60,651 bases of DNA. It comes from a virus. Its lineage: Duplodnaviria > Caudoviricetes. Shown here piece after piece: positions 28,316 to 35,678 of this stretch. The stretch lies in the IMG/VR virus record IMGVR_UViG_3300037439_000042, positions 1 through 60,651 of that record. One strand, written 5' to 3'. How positions within the stretch are numbered: position 1 is the stretch's first letter; every line of letters begins with the position of its first letter. The position numbers and the translations under genes were made by a program. The notes under the pieces were generated by a model. It worked only from the letters and a program-made list of their open reading frames with translations. It had not been told where the DNA came from and did not search any database.

Positions 28316-28388
28316 TGCGGGGTAGCTTAAGGGTTAGAGCTGCGGTCTCATAAGCCGTATGGTCTGAGTTCGAATCTCAGTCCCGCTA
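28316..28388 (+). tRNA. tRNA-Met/Ile2(CAT)
   Basis: Loop ctCATaa; 1-72 mismatch. Confidence 0.85.
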
Positions 28389-28453
28389 CGAGAACGGTCC
28401 GGCACGAGGCGAGTGCTCGGGGGTGCACCTTACTGGCACCGGACCGTTCGCAT

Positions 28454-28536
28454 GGAAGGTCTGAAGCTCGGTGCTTCAAGCCGGTTGCTAACCGGCTCCG
28501 CTCGAAAGGGCGACGGTTCGATCCCGTGACCTTCCG
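28454..28536 (+). tRNA. tRNA-Ser(GCT) with a non-canonical 8/4 fold
   Basis: 8-bp acceptor, 4-bp T stem, long variable arm, loop ttGCTaa. Confidence 0.8.
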
Positions 28537-28648
28537 CTCTAGGGCTGCTACTTCATCAGCGCTGGGTACCGGGAGGCATTCCCCGGCAGCACGTAGGATT
28601 CAGGCCGTATCGGCGTCGAAGACCGCAAGTGCTGCCGGGTTCCCGATT

Positions 28649-28731
28649 GGAGGGTGGCGCGGAATGGTCCGCAACCGGTCTCGAATACCGGGCCGTGGTA
28701 ACACACGAGGGTTCGATTCCTTCACTTTCCG
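28649..28731 (+). tRNA. tRNA-Ser(CGA)
   Basis: Loop ctCGAat; long variable arm. Confidence 0.88.
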
Positions 28732-28736
28732 CGCAA

Positions 28737-28819
28737 TGACGTCAGTCGCAGGTGCGGCAACCGGCCTGTAAAGCCGGTGCTTTCGGGCAAGGTGGGTTCG
28801 ATACCCACGGCGTCAACCA
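28737..28819 (+). tRNA. tRNA-Tyr(GTA), atypical D arm, encoded CCA
   Basis: Loop ctGTAaa; variable arm present. Confidence 0.82.
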
Positions 28820-28828
28820 ACTTCACAA

Positions 28829-28901
28829 GCCCGGCTAGCTCAGCGGATAGAGCATCAGGTTCCGAACCTGAAGGCGCGTGGTTCGAGTCCACGGTCGGGC
28901 A
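28829..28901 (+). tRNA. tRNA-Arg(CCG)
   Basis: Loop ttCCGaa. Confidence 0.92.
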
Positions 28902-28933
28902 CGCAAGACGACATAGATCAAGAGGAGATAGAC

Positions 28934-29347
28934 ATGCGAAAGACGAAGATGCTCGCGGGTGTCGCGGCTGCTGCGGCTGCCGGGATCATGCTCACGGGAT
29001 GCACGGACGAAGCGACCACCGTTTCCGACAACCTCTCGACGGCCGCCGACAACTTCGAGATTCTGCGGCGCGTCGTGTTCTTCAACGGGATCACTGACAC
29101 GTACCTGTTGAGCATCGAAGGATTCTGCTCGATCACGGACGAGGGGAATCAGCTCGAAGTCACGTGCAAGATCGCCGAAGGCGACGACGAGGGCTCGTAC
29201 GAGAAGCACTTTCTCGGCCTGAGCGACAACGTCTCGTACTTCGCCGAGCAGCTCGACCCGGCAGACGTCGACCCGTTCCACCACCGGATCGTGTTCCGGC
29301 CCGAGTCGATCCTGCCCGACATCGACTTGCAGACGTCCGGCGGTTAA
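28934..29347 (+). CDS. Conserved phage lipoprotein of unknown function
   Basis: Signal peptide with lipobox LTGC; NLSTAADNFEILRRVVFFNGITD; AAGAGGAG RBS. Confidence 0.8.
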   Translation: MRKTKMLAGVAAAAAAGIMLTGCTDEATTVSDNLSTAADNFEILRRVVFFNGITDTYLLSIEGFCSITDEGNQLEVTCKIAEGDDEGSYEKHFLGLSDNVSYFAEQLDPADVDPFHHRIVFRPESILPDIDLQTSGG

Positions 29348-29360
29348 GCCGGAAAGGTTC

Positions 29361-29432
29361 GCCGCGTTAGACTAGTGGTCTGGTCGCCCGATTCTCAATC
29401 GGGAAGTACGGGTTCGATCCCCGTACGCGGTA
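29361..29432 (+). tRNA. tRNA-Glu(CTC)
   Basis: Loop ttCTCaa. Confidence 0.9.
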
Positions 29433-29528
29433 CGGCAGCGCGAGGCATACGAAGAAGCTGTTCACTCGATCGCGCCATCGGTCGACACGAGCCGAGCGAG
29501 CCTCATGCTCGGCTCACACTTAAATAAA

Positions 29529-29601
29529 TGCCTTGTGGTGGAATTGGCAACACGCTAAGCTTTGGACTTAGAGATTCTTGGTTCGAGCCCAAGCAAGGCA
29601 G
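29529..29601 (+). tRNA. tRNA-Gln(TTG)
   Basis: Loop ctTTGga. Confidence 0.9.
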
Positions 29602-29605
29602 CCGA

Positions 29606-29677
29606 TGCTCGGTAGCTCAGCGGCAGAGCGGACGACTGTTAATCGTACGGCCGGTGGTTCGATCCCACCCCGAGCAG
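29606..29677 (+). tRNA. tRNA-Asn(GTT)
   Basis: Loop ctGTTaa. Confidence 0.9.
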
Positions 29678-29753
29678 CAAGACGCGGCCGGTCTCTAAGG
29701 GTCCTGCTGGACATGAGAACGAGGCGAGAGCCGCGCCGATAACTTCATATCGA

Positions 29754-29826
29754 TGCTCGTTAGTTCAGTTGGCAGAACGTCTGATTCTGAATCAGAAGGT
29801 GCGTGGTTCGAACCCATGACGAGCAG
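29754..29826 (+). tRNA. tRNA-Gln(CTG)
   Basis: Loop ttCTGaa. Confidence 0.9.
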
Positions 29827-29882
29827 CGTGTAACAGCAAGTCGAGAGCGTCTGACCAACCGGGCAACCGCAGGCGCGATCTA

Positions 29883-29954
29883 GCTCCGGTCGTCTATGGG
29901 TTAAGATCTGAGATTTTCACTCTCAGGTACAGGGTTCGAGTCCCTGTCGGAGTA
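29883..29954 (+). tRNA. tRNA-Glu(TTC)
   Basis: Loop ttTTCac. Confidence 0.9.
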
Positions 29955-30020
29955 CGAGCGTCCTGATCGACGCACGAGGTCGGCGCACGTCGCGTCGCGT
30001 CGACCTCACCAACTGAACAT

Positions 30021-30092
30021 GCCGTGTTAGCTCATTGGAAGAGCGTTCGCCTGTCGAGCGAAGGGTAACGGGTTCGATCCCCGTACATGGCG
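30021..30092 (+). tRNA. tRNA-Asp(GTC)
   Basis: Loop ctGTCga. Confidence 0.9.
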
Positions 30093-30162
30093 CAATGCCC
30101 GTGCGATGTTCTCAGAGATAGCACGGCAAGGGGAAGCCTCACCCGGCAGCAACGAGGCACTA

Positions 30163-30234
30163 CGGGATATGGCCCAATGGCACGGCGCGTGATTTGGGAT
30201 CACGAGATCGAAGGTTCGATTCCTTCTATCCCGA
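30163..30234 (+). tRNA. tRNA-Pro(TGG)
   Basis: Loop ttTGGga. Confidence 0.9.
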
Positions 30235-30236
30235 CT

Positions 30237-30310
30237 GAGTTCATAGCTCAATAGTAGAGCGTCTGCTTGTGGCGCAGAAGACGACGGAGCGTAACCGTCT
30301 GGACTCCCCA
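30237..30310 (+). tRNA. tRNA-His(GTG), atypical T loop, encoded CCA
   Basis: Loop ttGTGgc; C73; T loop AGCGTAA. Confidence 0.8.
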
Positions 30311-30321
30311 ATTTCATACAT

Positions 30322-30404
30322 GCCCCGGTGGCGCAGCAGGTTGACGCGCAGGATTTAGGTTCCTGTCCCTTCGGGGGTTGTCGGTTCGAATCCGACCCGG
30401 GGTA
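30322..30404 (+). tRNA. tRNA-Leu(TAG)
   Basis: Loop ttTAGgt; variable arm. Confidence 0.9.
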
Positions 30405-30408
30405 CTGC

Positions 30409-30481
30409 GCTCGTCTAGTCCAACGGCAGAGACACCGGCTTCAAACACCGGCAAGTCCCGGTTCGAATCCGGGGACGAGTA
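30409..30481 (+). tRNA. tRNA-Leu(CAA), short variable loop
   Basis: Loop ttCAAac by canonical numbering. Confidence 0.8.
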
Positions 30482-30497
30482 CGCTACAACTTGATAT

Positions 30498-30570
30498 GCC
30501 CTGGTAGCTCAGCGGATAGAGCGACGGTCTACGAAGCCGGTGGTCGAAGGTTCGAATCCTTCTTAGGGCA
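30498..30570 (+). tRNA. tRNA-Arg(ACG)
   Basis: Loop ctACGaa. Confidence 0.92.
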
Positions 30571-30588
30571 CGCAAGACAACTAGATAT

Positions 30589-30659
30589 GCCGGTGGGGTG
30601 TGTGGGTTGCACGACTGTCTTCCAAACAGTTAGACCGTGTTCGAATCACGGTACCGGTT
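30589..30659 (+). tRNA. tRNA-Gly(TCC)
   Basis: Loop ctTCCaa. Confidence 0.85.
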
Positions 30660-30661
30660 CC

Positions 30662-30734
30662 GCCTTCATAGCTCAGGGGACAGAGCAGCCGTTTCGTAAT
30701 CGGCCGGTCCGGGGTTCGAATCCTCGTGAAGGCT
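30662..30734 (+). tRNA. tRNA-Thr(CGT)
   Basis: Loop ttCGTaa. Confidence 0.9.
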
Positions 30735-30735
30735 C

Positions 30736-30807
30736 GGCTTGTTAGCTCAGTTGGTAGAGCACCGGATTGAAGTCCCGGGGACGATGGTTCGATTCCATCA
30801 CGAGCAA
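30736..30807 (+). tRNA. tRNA-Phe(GAA)
   Basis: Loop ttGAAgt. Confidence 0.82.
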
Positions 30808-30825
30808 CTGCACAACTTCATACAT

Positions 30826-30898
30826 GCGCCGCTAGCTCAGTAGGTAGAGCAGCATCCTCTTAAGTTGCGGGTCCTAGGTTCGATCCCTAGGCGGCGTA
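30826..30898 (+). tRNA. tRNA-Lys(CTT)
   Basis: Loop ctCTTaa. Confidence 0.9.
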
Positions 30899-30902
30899 CA
30901 GC

Positions 30903-30974
30903 GCCTCGTTAGCTCAGTGGCAGAGCAGCGTACTTTTAATACGCGGGTCCTAGGTTCGATGCCTAGACGGGGCA
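30903..30974 (+). tRNA. tRNA-Lys(TTT)
   Basis: Loop ctTTTaa. Confidence 0.92.
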
Positions 30975-30982
30975 CGCGACAC

Positions 30983-31057
30983 ACCCCGCTAGCTCAGCGG
31001 ATAGAGCCGGAGTTTCCTAAACTCTGTGGGTCTCGGGTTCGAATCCCGGGCGGGGTA
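30983..31057 (+). tRNA. tRNA-Arg(CCT)
   Basis: Loop ttCCTaa. Confidence 0.9.
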
Positions 31058-31058
31058 C

Positions 31059-31133
31059 GGCGAGTTAGCTCAACATGGTTAGAGCGCGATCCTGATACGA
31101 TCGTGGTTCCGAGTTCAAATCTCGGGCTCGCTA
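31059..31133 (+). tRNA. tRNA-Ile(GAT)
   Basis: Loop ctGATac. Confidence 0.9.
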
Positions 31134-31134
31134 C

Positions 31135-31207
31135 GCGTCGGTAGCTTAGTGGCAAAAGCAGCGGCTTTACATACCGCTGATCGAAGGTTCGAGTCCTTCT
31201 CGACGCA
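31135..31207 (+). tRNA. tRNA-Val(TAC)
   Basis: Loop ttTACat. Confidence 0.9.
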
Positions 31208-31211
31208 CTAC

Positions 31212-31283
31212 GGGGATGTAGCACAACGGGAGTGCATCTGCCTTGCAAGCAGACGGTTACCGGTTCGAATCCGGTCTTCTCCA
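31212..31283 (+). tRNA. tRNA-Ala(TGC)
   Basis: Loop ctTGCaa; G3-U70. Confidence 0.88.
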
Positions 31284-31338
31284 CGGAGGGTGCGAGCGCG
31301 TGTTAATGACTTCGGCGCGCGCTCGCGCTCTACCCCAC

Positions 31339-31409
31339 GGCGCGATGTCCGAGCGGTTAGGTAACGGCCTGCAAAGCTGTTCAGTCGGGTTCGACTCCCG
31401 GTCGCGCCT
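31339..31409 (+). tRNA. tRNA-Cys(GCA)
   Basis: Loop ctGCAaa; U73. Confidence 0.9.
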
Positions 31410-31437
31410 CTCATGAAGTATGACGAAAGGACGAAAG

Positions 31438-31785
31438 ATGGATACCGCGATTCTCATCGTGCACACGAGTCTGTTCCTGCTGCTCGGCGCATTCAACTTC
31501 GCGCTGATCGGGAAGCAACCGGAAAGCACCGACCGGCGCAGCGGGACGGCGATCACGGCATTCTTGTACGGGATGTTCACGATCGCCTTCGTGATCTGGT
31601 GGGACACGCCCGACACGGCGTCGATGCTCGCGAAGTACGGGATCATCGCCTTCATGTGGCTGCCGTGGCTGCTCGACCTCCCGAACATCAACAAGCCGTA
31701 CTCGACCTTCAAGACGTGGCAAGCCGTCGTCGGCGCAGCGATCATCGGGGCGCGCATCGGCGTCGTACTAGCATTCTGGCACTGA
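31438..31785 (+). CDS. Four-helix membrane protein
   Basis: Hydrophobic ORF with the conserved leader. Confidence 0.7.
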   Translation: MDTAILIVHTSLFLLLGAFNFALIGKQPESTDRRSGTAITAFLYGMFTIAFVIWWDTPDTASMLAKYGIIAFMWLPWLLDLPNINKPYSTFKTWQAVVGAAIIGARIGVVLAFWH

Positions 31786-31794
31786 TAACTCAAG

Positions 31795-31854
31795 ATGAGC
31801 GCGCATGAGCGCGCACCACGCGATGAGCGCGCATCCCCCGGGGTGCGCGCTCAT
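31795..31854. repeat. ATGAGCGCGC x3 direct plus 1 inverted (clt/TRS-like candidate)
   Basis: Copies at 31795, 31805 and 31823; inverted at 31845. Confidence 0.8.
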
Positions 31855-31904
31855 TTTCGTTCTATGATAGTATTCGCGAGACGACGAGATGAAAGGACGA
31901 AACG

Positions 31905-33134
31905 ATGAACTTCAACATCACTCCCGAAGAAGGATCGCTCTTGAGCGCGCTCGCGCTCGTCGCGCTCATGCTGAGCGTGATCCTGCTCGTGACCACGCGG
32001 GGCGCGCGTGCGCGCGCTCAGGAGAAGGCGCGCGCATGGGCAGAGATCAAGCGTCCCGACTGGGAAGCGCGCGCAGCGCGCAAGACCGAAGAGCGCGCAT
32101 CCGGAGCGCGCGCCCGTGCGCGCATCCGTGGCGCGCTCATGCTCGCCGTTGCGCTCGTCGCGCTCGGCGCGACGAACCTGAGCGCGCACGGCACGATCAC
32201 GATGATTCAGCGCGCAGGGCTCGAATCGCTCGACGCCGCGATCAGCGTGATCGTCGTCTTCGAAATGTTCCTTGCGATTCTCGGCGCGCTCTCGTACTGG
32301 CACATGCAGCACGGCACCGGGTTCAACAAGTACGAGGCCGGTGTGTGGGCGATGGCGGCGCTTATGGGCGGCATGTCGTGGTGGGGCGCAGGCAGCGCGA
32401 TCTTCGCGCTGTGGCCGCTTCTCGCGGCCGTTGCGTGGCACTTGGTTATCACCTTCGGCCGTGAGCACAAGGCGTCCGCTCTGGTCACCTGGTACCGCAT
32501 GAAGCGCGGCAAGGCGACGTCGCAGGACGCGAACGACCTCTTGACCGAACGCCTCATCACGCGCATCGTGAACCACGGCTTCGCCGCGAACGAGGGTGTG
32601 CGCATCCTGCGCTCGCTCCGTGCGCGCGCTTACGACCGCGCATGGGCGGACGCCGACGCGCTCGGCATCCTTACCCCGGAAGTGCGCGCGCGTATTCAGA
32701 CGCGCGTGTCGGCGCGTTACGAAGGTGCGCGCGCGCTGTCCCGCGAGAAGGTCGCGCACATGAACCCGTGGAACGAGCGCGCGTCGAGCGCGCGCACCGC
32801 TGCGCGCACCGTGCGCCCCGTGAGCGCGCCGCCCGCGCCTGCGATCGAAGTGAGCGCGCAGGTTCCCGACGATGCGCGCGCCATCACTGAAGCGATCGAG
32901 CCCGTGAGCGCGCCTGTCGCCACGACGAGCGCGCACAGCACGTCGGCGCTGATCGATGCGATCGAAACCTACTTCGGCAGCAAGAACGAGGCTGCGAAGG
33001 AATGGGCGAAGACGTACGTCTCGACGAACGGCGAGCTGCCCACGGGCGACGATCTCGCCGTTGCCTTCGGCAAGACGGCCGGGAACTGCCGTAAGTGGAT
33101 GACTCCCGTGCGCGTCGCGCTCGGCCTGAGCTAG
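31905..33134 (+). CDS. Spd/DUF2637-like multi-TM protein with a C-terminal HTH (actinomycete plasmid spread-protein-like)
   Basis: About 5 TM helices, Ala/Pro linker, LPTGDDLAVAFGKTAGNCRKW HTH-like tail; adjacent to the TraB-like gene. Confidence 0.6.
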   Translation: MNFNITPEEGSLLSALALVALMLSVILLVTTRGARARAQEKARAWAEIKRPDWEARAARKTEERASGARARARIRGALMLAVALVALGATNLSAHGTITMIQRAGLESLDAAISVIVVFEMFLAILGALSYWHMQHGTGFNKYEAGVWAMAALMGGMSWWGAGSAIFALWPLLAAVAWHLVITFGREHKASALVTWYRMKRGKATSQDANDLLTERLITRIVNHGFAANEGVRILRSLRARAYDRAWADADALGILTPEVRARIQTRVSARYEGARALSREKVAHMNPWNERASSARTAARTVRPVSAPPAPAIEVSAQVPDDARAITEAIEPVSAPVATTSAHSTSALIDAIETYFGSKNEAAKEWAKTYVSTNGELPTGDDLAVAFGKTAGNCRKWMTPVRVALGLS

Positions 33135-33338
33135 CGGCACAGCGAGCGGCACACCGGCCCGTCTGGTGTGCCGCTCCGGCACGGCTTCCACCGGCCCCGG
33201 CACACCCCTTCGGGGTATCTGAGCAGGGAAAACAGCCTTCCGACACGCTCGACACGGTGTGCCGGACTAGCGCGCGAGAAAAGCGTGCGCGCAGGTCGGG
33301 CACCCCCTAGGGGTACCCGTTCTGCTGTGCCGTGCCGG
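33135..33338. repeat. CGGCAC(A)/TGTGCCG repeat cluster upstream of the traB-like operon promoter
   Basis: At least 7 copies in both orientations; TATAAT at 33345-33350. Confidence 0.7.
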
Positions 33339-33388
33339 AGGGGGTATAATGAAATACAGACTTCTTACAGACGAAAGGACGACAGACT

Positions 33389-33862
33389 ATGGACTACATT
33401 GCGATTGAAAGCACGCTCGGGAACGGTGCCGCAGGCTTCGTGTCGCTCGTGCTCTTCGTCGGCGCGTGGATCTTGAACAACGTGCTCGACGAAAAGAAGT
33501 GGTCGGCCTTCATCGTGCTGCCGATCGCGCTCACAGCCTCGTTCATGCTGTACGCGTCGACCTGGTCGGTTACGTGGATGGAATGGCTCGGCGGGCTCTT
33601 GAGCGGCATCGGCGGCATGTTCGGCGTGAACCAGATGCCGCTGAGCTTCATCTTCAGTCTCGCCGTCGTCGTCGCCGTCGTCGTCGTCGCAGCCGACCTC
33701 AGCATCGACCCCCGGGACAACCCGGCGGCCGTGTGGTCGCTCTTCATCGCGCCGGTTACGGCGCATGGAGCGGGCGGCGTCGTCGGCAGCGCGGCCGACG
33801 TCTTCTTTAGCGGAATGGCTCTCGGGCTCATCGACGCTGTCAAGCAGTTGACGGGCGCATGA
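33389..33862 (+). CDS. Hydrophobic membrane protein, accessory to the TraB-like translocase
   Basis: Mostly TM segments; conserved leader; 1-nt gap to the next gene. Confidence 0.75.
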   Translation: MDYIAIESTLGNGAAGFVSLVLFVGAWILNNVLDEKKWSAFIVLPIALTASFMLYASTWSVTWMEWLGGLLSGIGGMFGVNQMPLSFIFSLAVVVAVVVVAADLSIDPRDNPAAVWSLFIAPVTAHGAGGVVGSAADVFFSGMALGLIDAVKQLTGA

Positions 33863-33863
33863 C

Positions 33864-35678
33864 ATGACCGACGAACTTCAGAACGACGAGCGTGCATGTG
33901 CACGCAACATGGCGCGCGCTTCGTGGGAACTGTTCTCGCGGGGCGCGCGCCGTCATGCCGACAGCGCGCGCGCATGGGTGCGCGCCGAAGGACTCGAAGC
34001 GCTCATCAAAGAGCGCGACGCGCGCTCGATCACGGCGCACATCGAACGGGAGGCGCGCGCGCGCAAGTCGAAGCGCGCGCGCACTCGCTACACGCCGCCT
34101 CCGCGCGCGCTCACTCCGATCGAGATCAAGGCGCGCGCATTCGGCGCGCGCACCACACGCTCGCTCGTCGCGCTCGCGATCCCGAGCGCGCTCATCATCT
34201 ATCCCCCGTACGCGCTGCTGCACGGTGACCCGCTCGCGCTCGGCGTGTGGCCTGCCGCGTACGGCTATCTCGTGTGGGACGGGTGGGCGCATCGCGTCGA
34301 GCAGCTCGACGCCGACGAGATCGCCGACGAGCCGGAGGGGAAGCCGTCGCTCTTCTCGAAGATGCGTCGCTCGTCCGGCCTGAAGCCGTCGCCGGTCGAA
34401 GGGGCGATCATGCACCGGATCGAGTCGTGGGAGAGCCACGCCGCCGATCGCAAGCTGCTCGACGTGCTTCCCGGACCTCCGCTCATCGACGAGTCCGGCC
34501 TGCTGATTCCGATCGAGTTCGCCGGAGTGTGGACGCCGGGCAAACTCGACGAGCAGGTCGACCAGGTGCGCGCGCTGCTCGCCGTTCCCGACAAGGTGCG
34601 CACGCAGGTCAAGCCGGGAGGCACGGCCGACCGCGCACTCTTGCGGGTCCGCACGCGCACGCGCGATCTCGACTTGGCGTGGTCGCCGGAACGCAAGGGA
34701 CTCGGGCTCGACGCCGACACGGCCGAGATCGTCAGCGTGAACACCGATGAACGACTACTCGTCGCCGGTACGTCCGGCGCGGGTAAGTCGGTCGCGCTGC
34801 GCGTGCTCATGGCGGACGCGCTCTCGAAGCCGCACACGGCGCTCGTCATTCTCGACCTGAAGCGCGCCGAAGGCGCGCTCTGGCGTCACACGGCACGCGT
34901 CGAGTCGGAGCCTGAAGGCGTGCAAGGCGTGATCGACGAGCTGATCACGGAAATGAAAGAGCGCGAGACGATCATGGAAACGCACGGCATCGACCTATGG
35001 GAACCCACCGACGAGCGGCCGAACATCGTCGTGTCGGTCGACGAAGGCGCGGAACTCATGGCGGAAGTCCCCGATTCCGTGGGCGGACTTCGATCGCTCG
35101 CACGCCGGGCGCGCGCGGCCGGTATCCGGCTGTGGTGGGCGACGCAGAAGCCGACCATGACGGGGAACGGTCCTGGACTCGACTCGCAGATCGCCGGACA
35201 GCTCACGACGCAAGTCTGCTTGGCAGTCGCGGGCTCGAAAGAAGCGCGAGTCGTGCTCGGGGAAGACGCCACCGGCAACGGCTGGCACGCGGAAAACTTG
35301 GAGAAAGGAGGGTGGGCGCTCGTCCGCGTGCAGGGTGAGGATCGCGATCCGGACCCCGTACGAGTATGGTTTATGAAAAAGGAAGACGTGAAAGCACTGC
35401 CTGCGCGGAAGGCATGGCGACGCGAGCCGACGACGTCGATCGCAGCGCTGTCGAAAGACGTGCTCGGCATGGCACTTTCGTTGTCCGAAGGACTGCAAGG
35501 AGTATCGACGGCGAAGCTCGCGAAGATGCTCGGGATCACGGACGTCGAAGTGCATCGCCGCATGAGCGTCTACGGTGCGAAGCCGGAAGCGAACGCGTTC
35601 GCGCTCGGCAACGGCGAGAAGGCTCGGGGGTACCGGCGATCGGTTCTCGAAGCCGCGAAGAACCGACGAGAGGAATGA
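33864..35678 (+). CDS. FtsK/SpoIIIE-family DNA translocase, Streptomyces plasmid TraB-like
   Basis: N-terminal TM pair; Walker A VAGTSGAGKS; ILDLK; Walker B VSVDEGAEL; RRARAAGI; ATQKP; C-terminal winged helix ending RGYRR. Confidence 0.88.
   Translation: MTDELQNDERACARNMARASWELFSRGARRHADSARAWVRAEGLEALIKERDARSITAHIEREARARKSKRARTRYTPPPRALTPIEIKARAFGARTTRSLVALAIPSALIIYPPYALLHGDPLALGVWPAAYGYLVWDGWAHRVEQLDADEIADEPEGKPSLFSKMRRSSGLKPSPVEGAIMHRIESWESHAADRKLLDVLPGPPLIDESGLLIPIEFAGVWTPGKLDEQVDQVRALLAVPDKVRTQVKPGGTADRALLRVRTRTRDLDLAWSPERKGLGLDADTAEIVSVNTDERLLVAGTSGAGKSVALRVLMADALSKPHTALVILDLKRAEGALWRHTARVESEPEGVQGVIDELITEMKERETIMETHGIDLWEPTDERPNIVVSVDEGAELMAEVPDSVGGLRSLARRARAAGIRLWWATQKPTMTGNGPGLDSQIAGQLTTQVCLAVAGSKEARVVLGEDATGNGWHAENLEKGGWALVRVQGEDRDPDPVRVWFMKKEDVKALPARKAWRREPTTSIAALSKDVLGMALSLSEGLQGVSTAKLAKMLGITDVEVHRRMSVYGAKPEANAFALGNGEKARGYRRSVLEAAKNRREE

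Noticed and set aside
28934-29347. Recombination directionality factor implying lysogeny
   Set aside because: The protein has a lipoprotein signal peptide, and no integrase is visible in the complete genome.
29678-30160. HDV-like theta or hammerhead ribozymes after tRNAs
   Set aside because: I could not fit the nested pseudoknot or the CUGAUGA/GAAA cores by eye. They are left as unassigned structured spacers pending a covariance search.
30409-30481. Opal suppressor or Sec tRNA (TCA) read from cttcaaa
   Set aside because: Stem register ccggc/accgg places the loop at ttCAAac, i.e. Leu(CAA). Short-arm Leu(CAA) tRNAs occur in actinobacteria, and TGA is used as a normal stop here.
30027-31414. 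Short ORFs across the tRNA cluster
   Set aside because: They overlap clear tRNA cloverleaves and are spurious.
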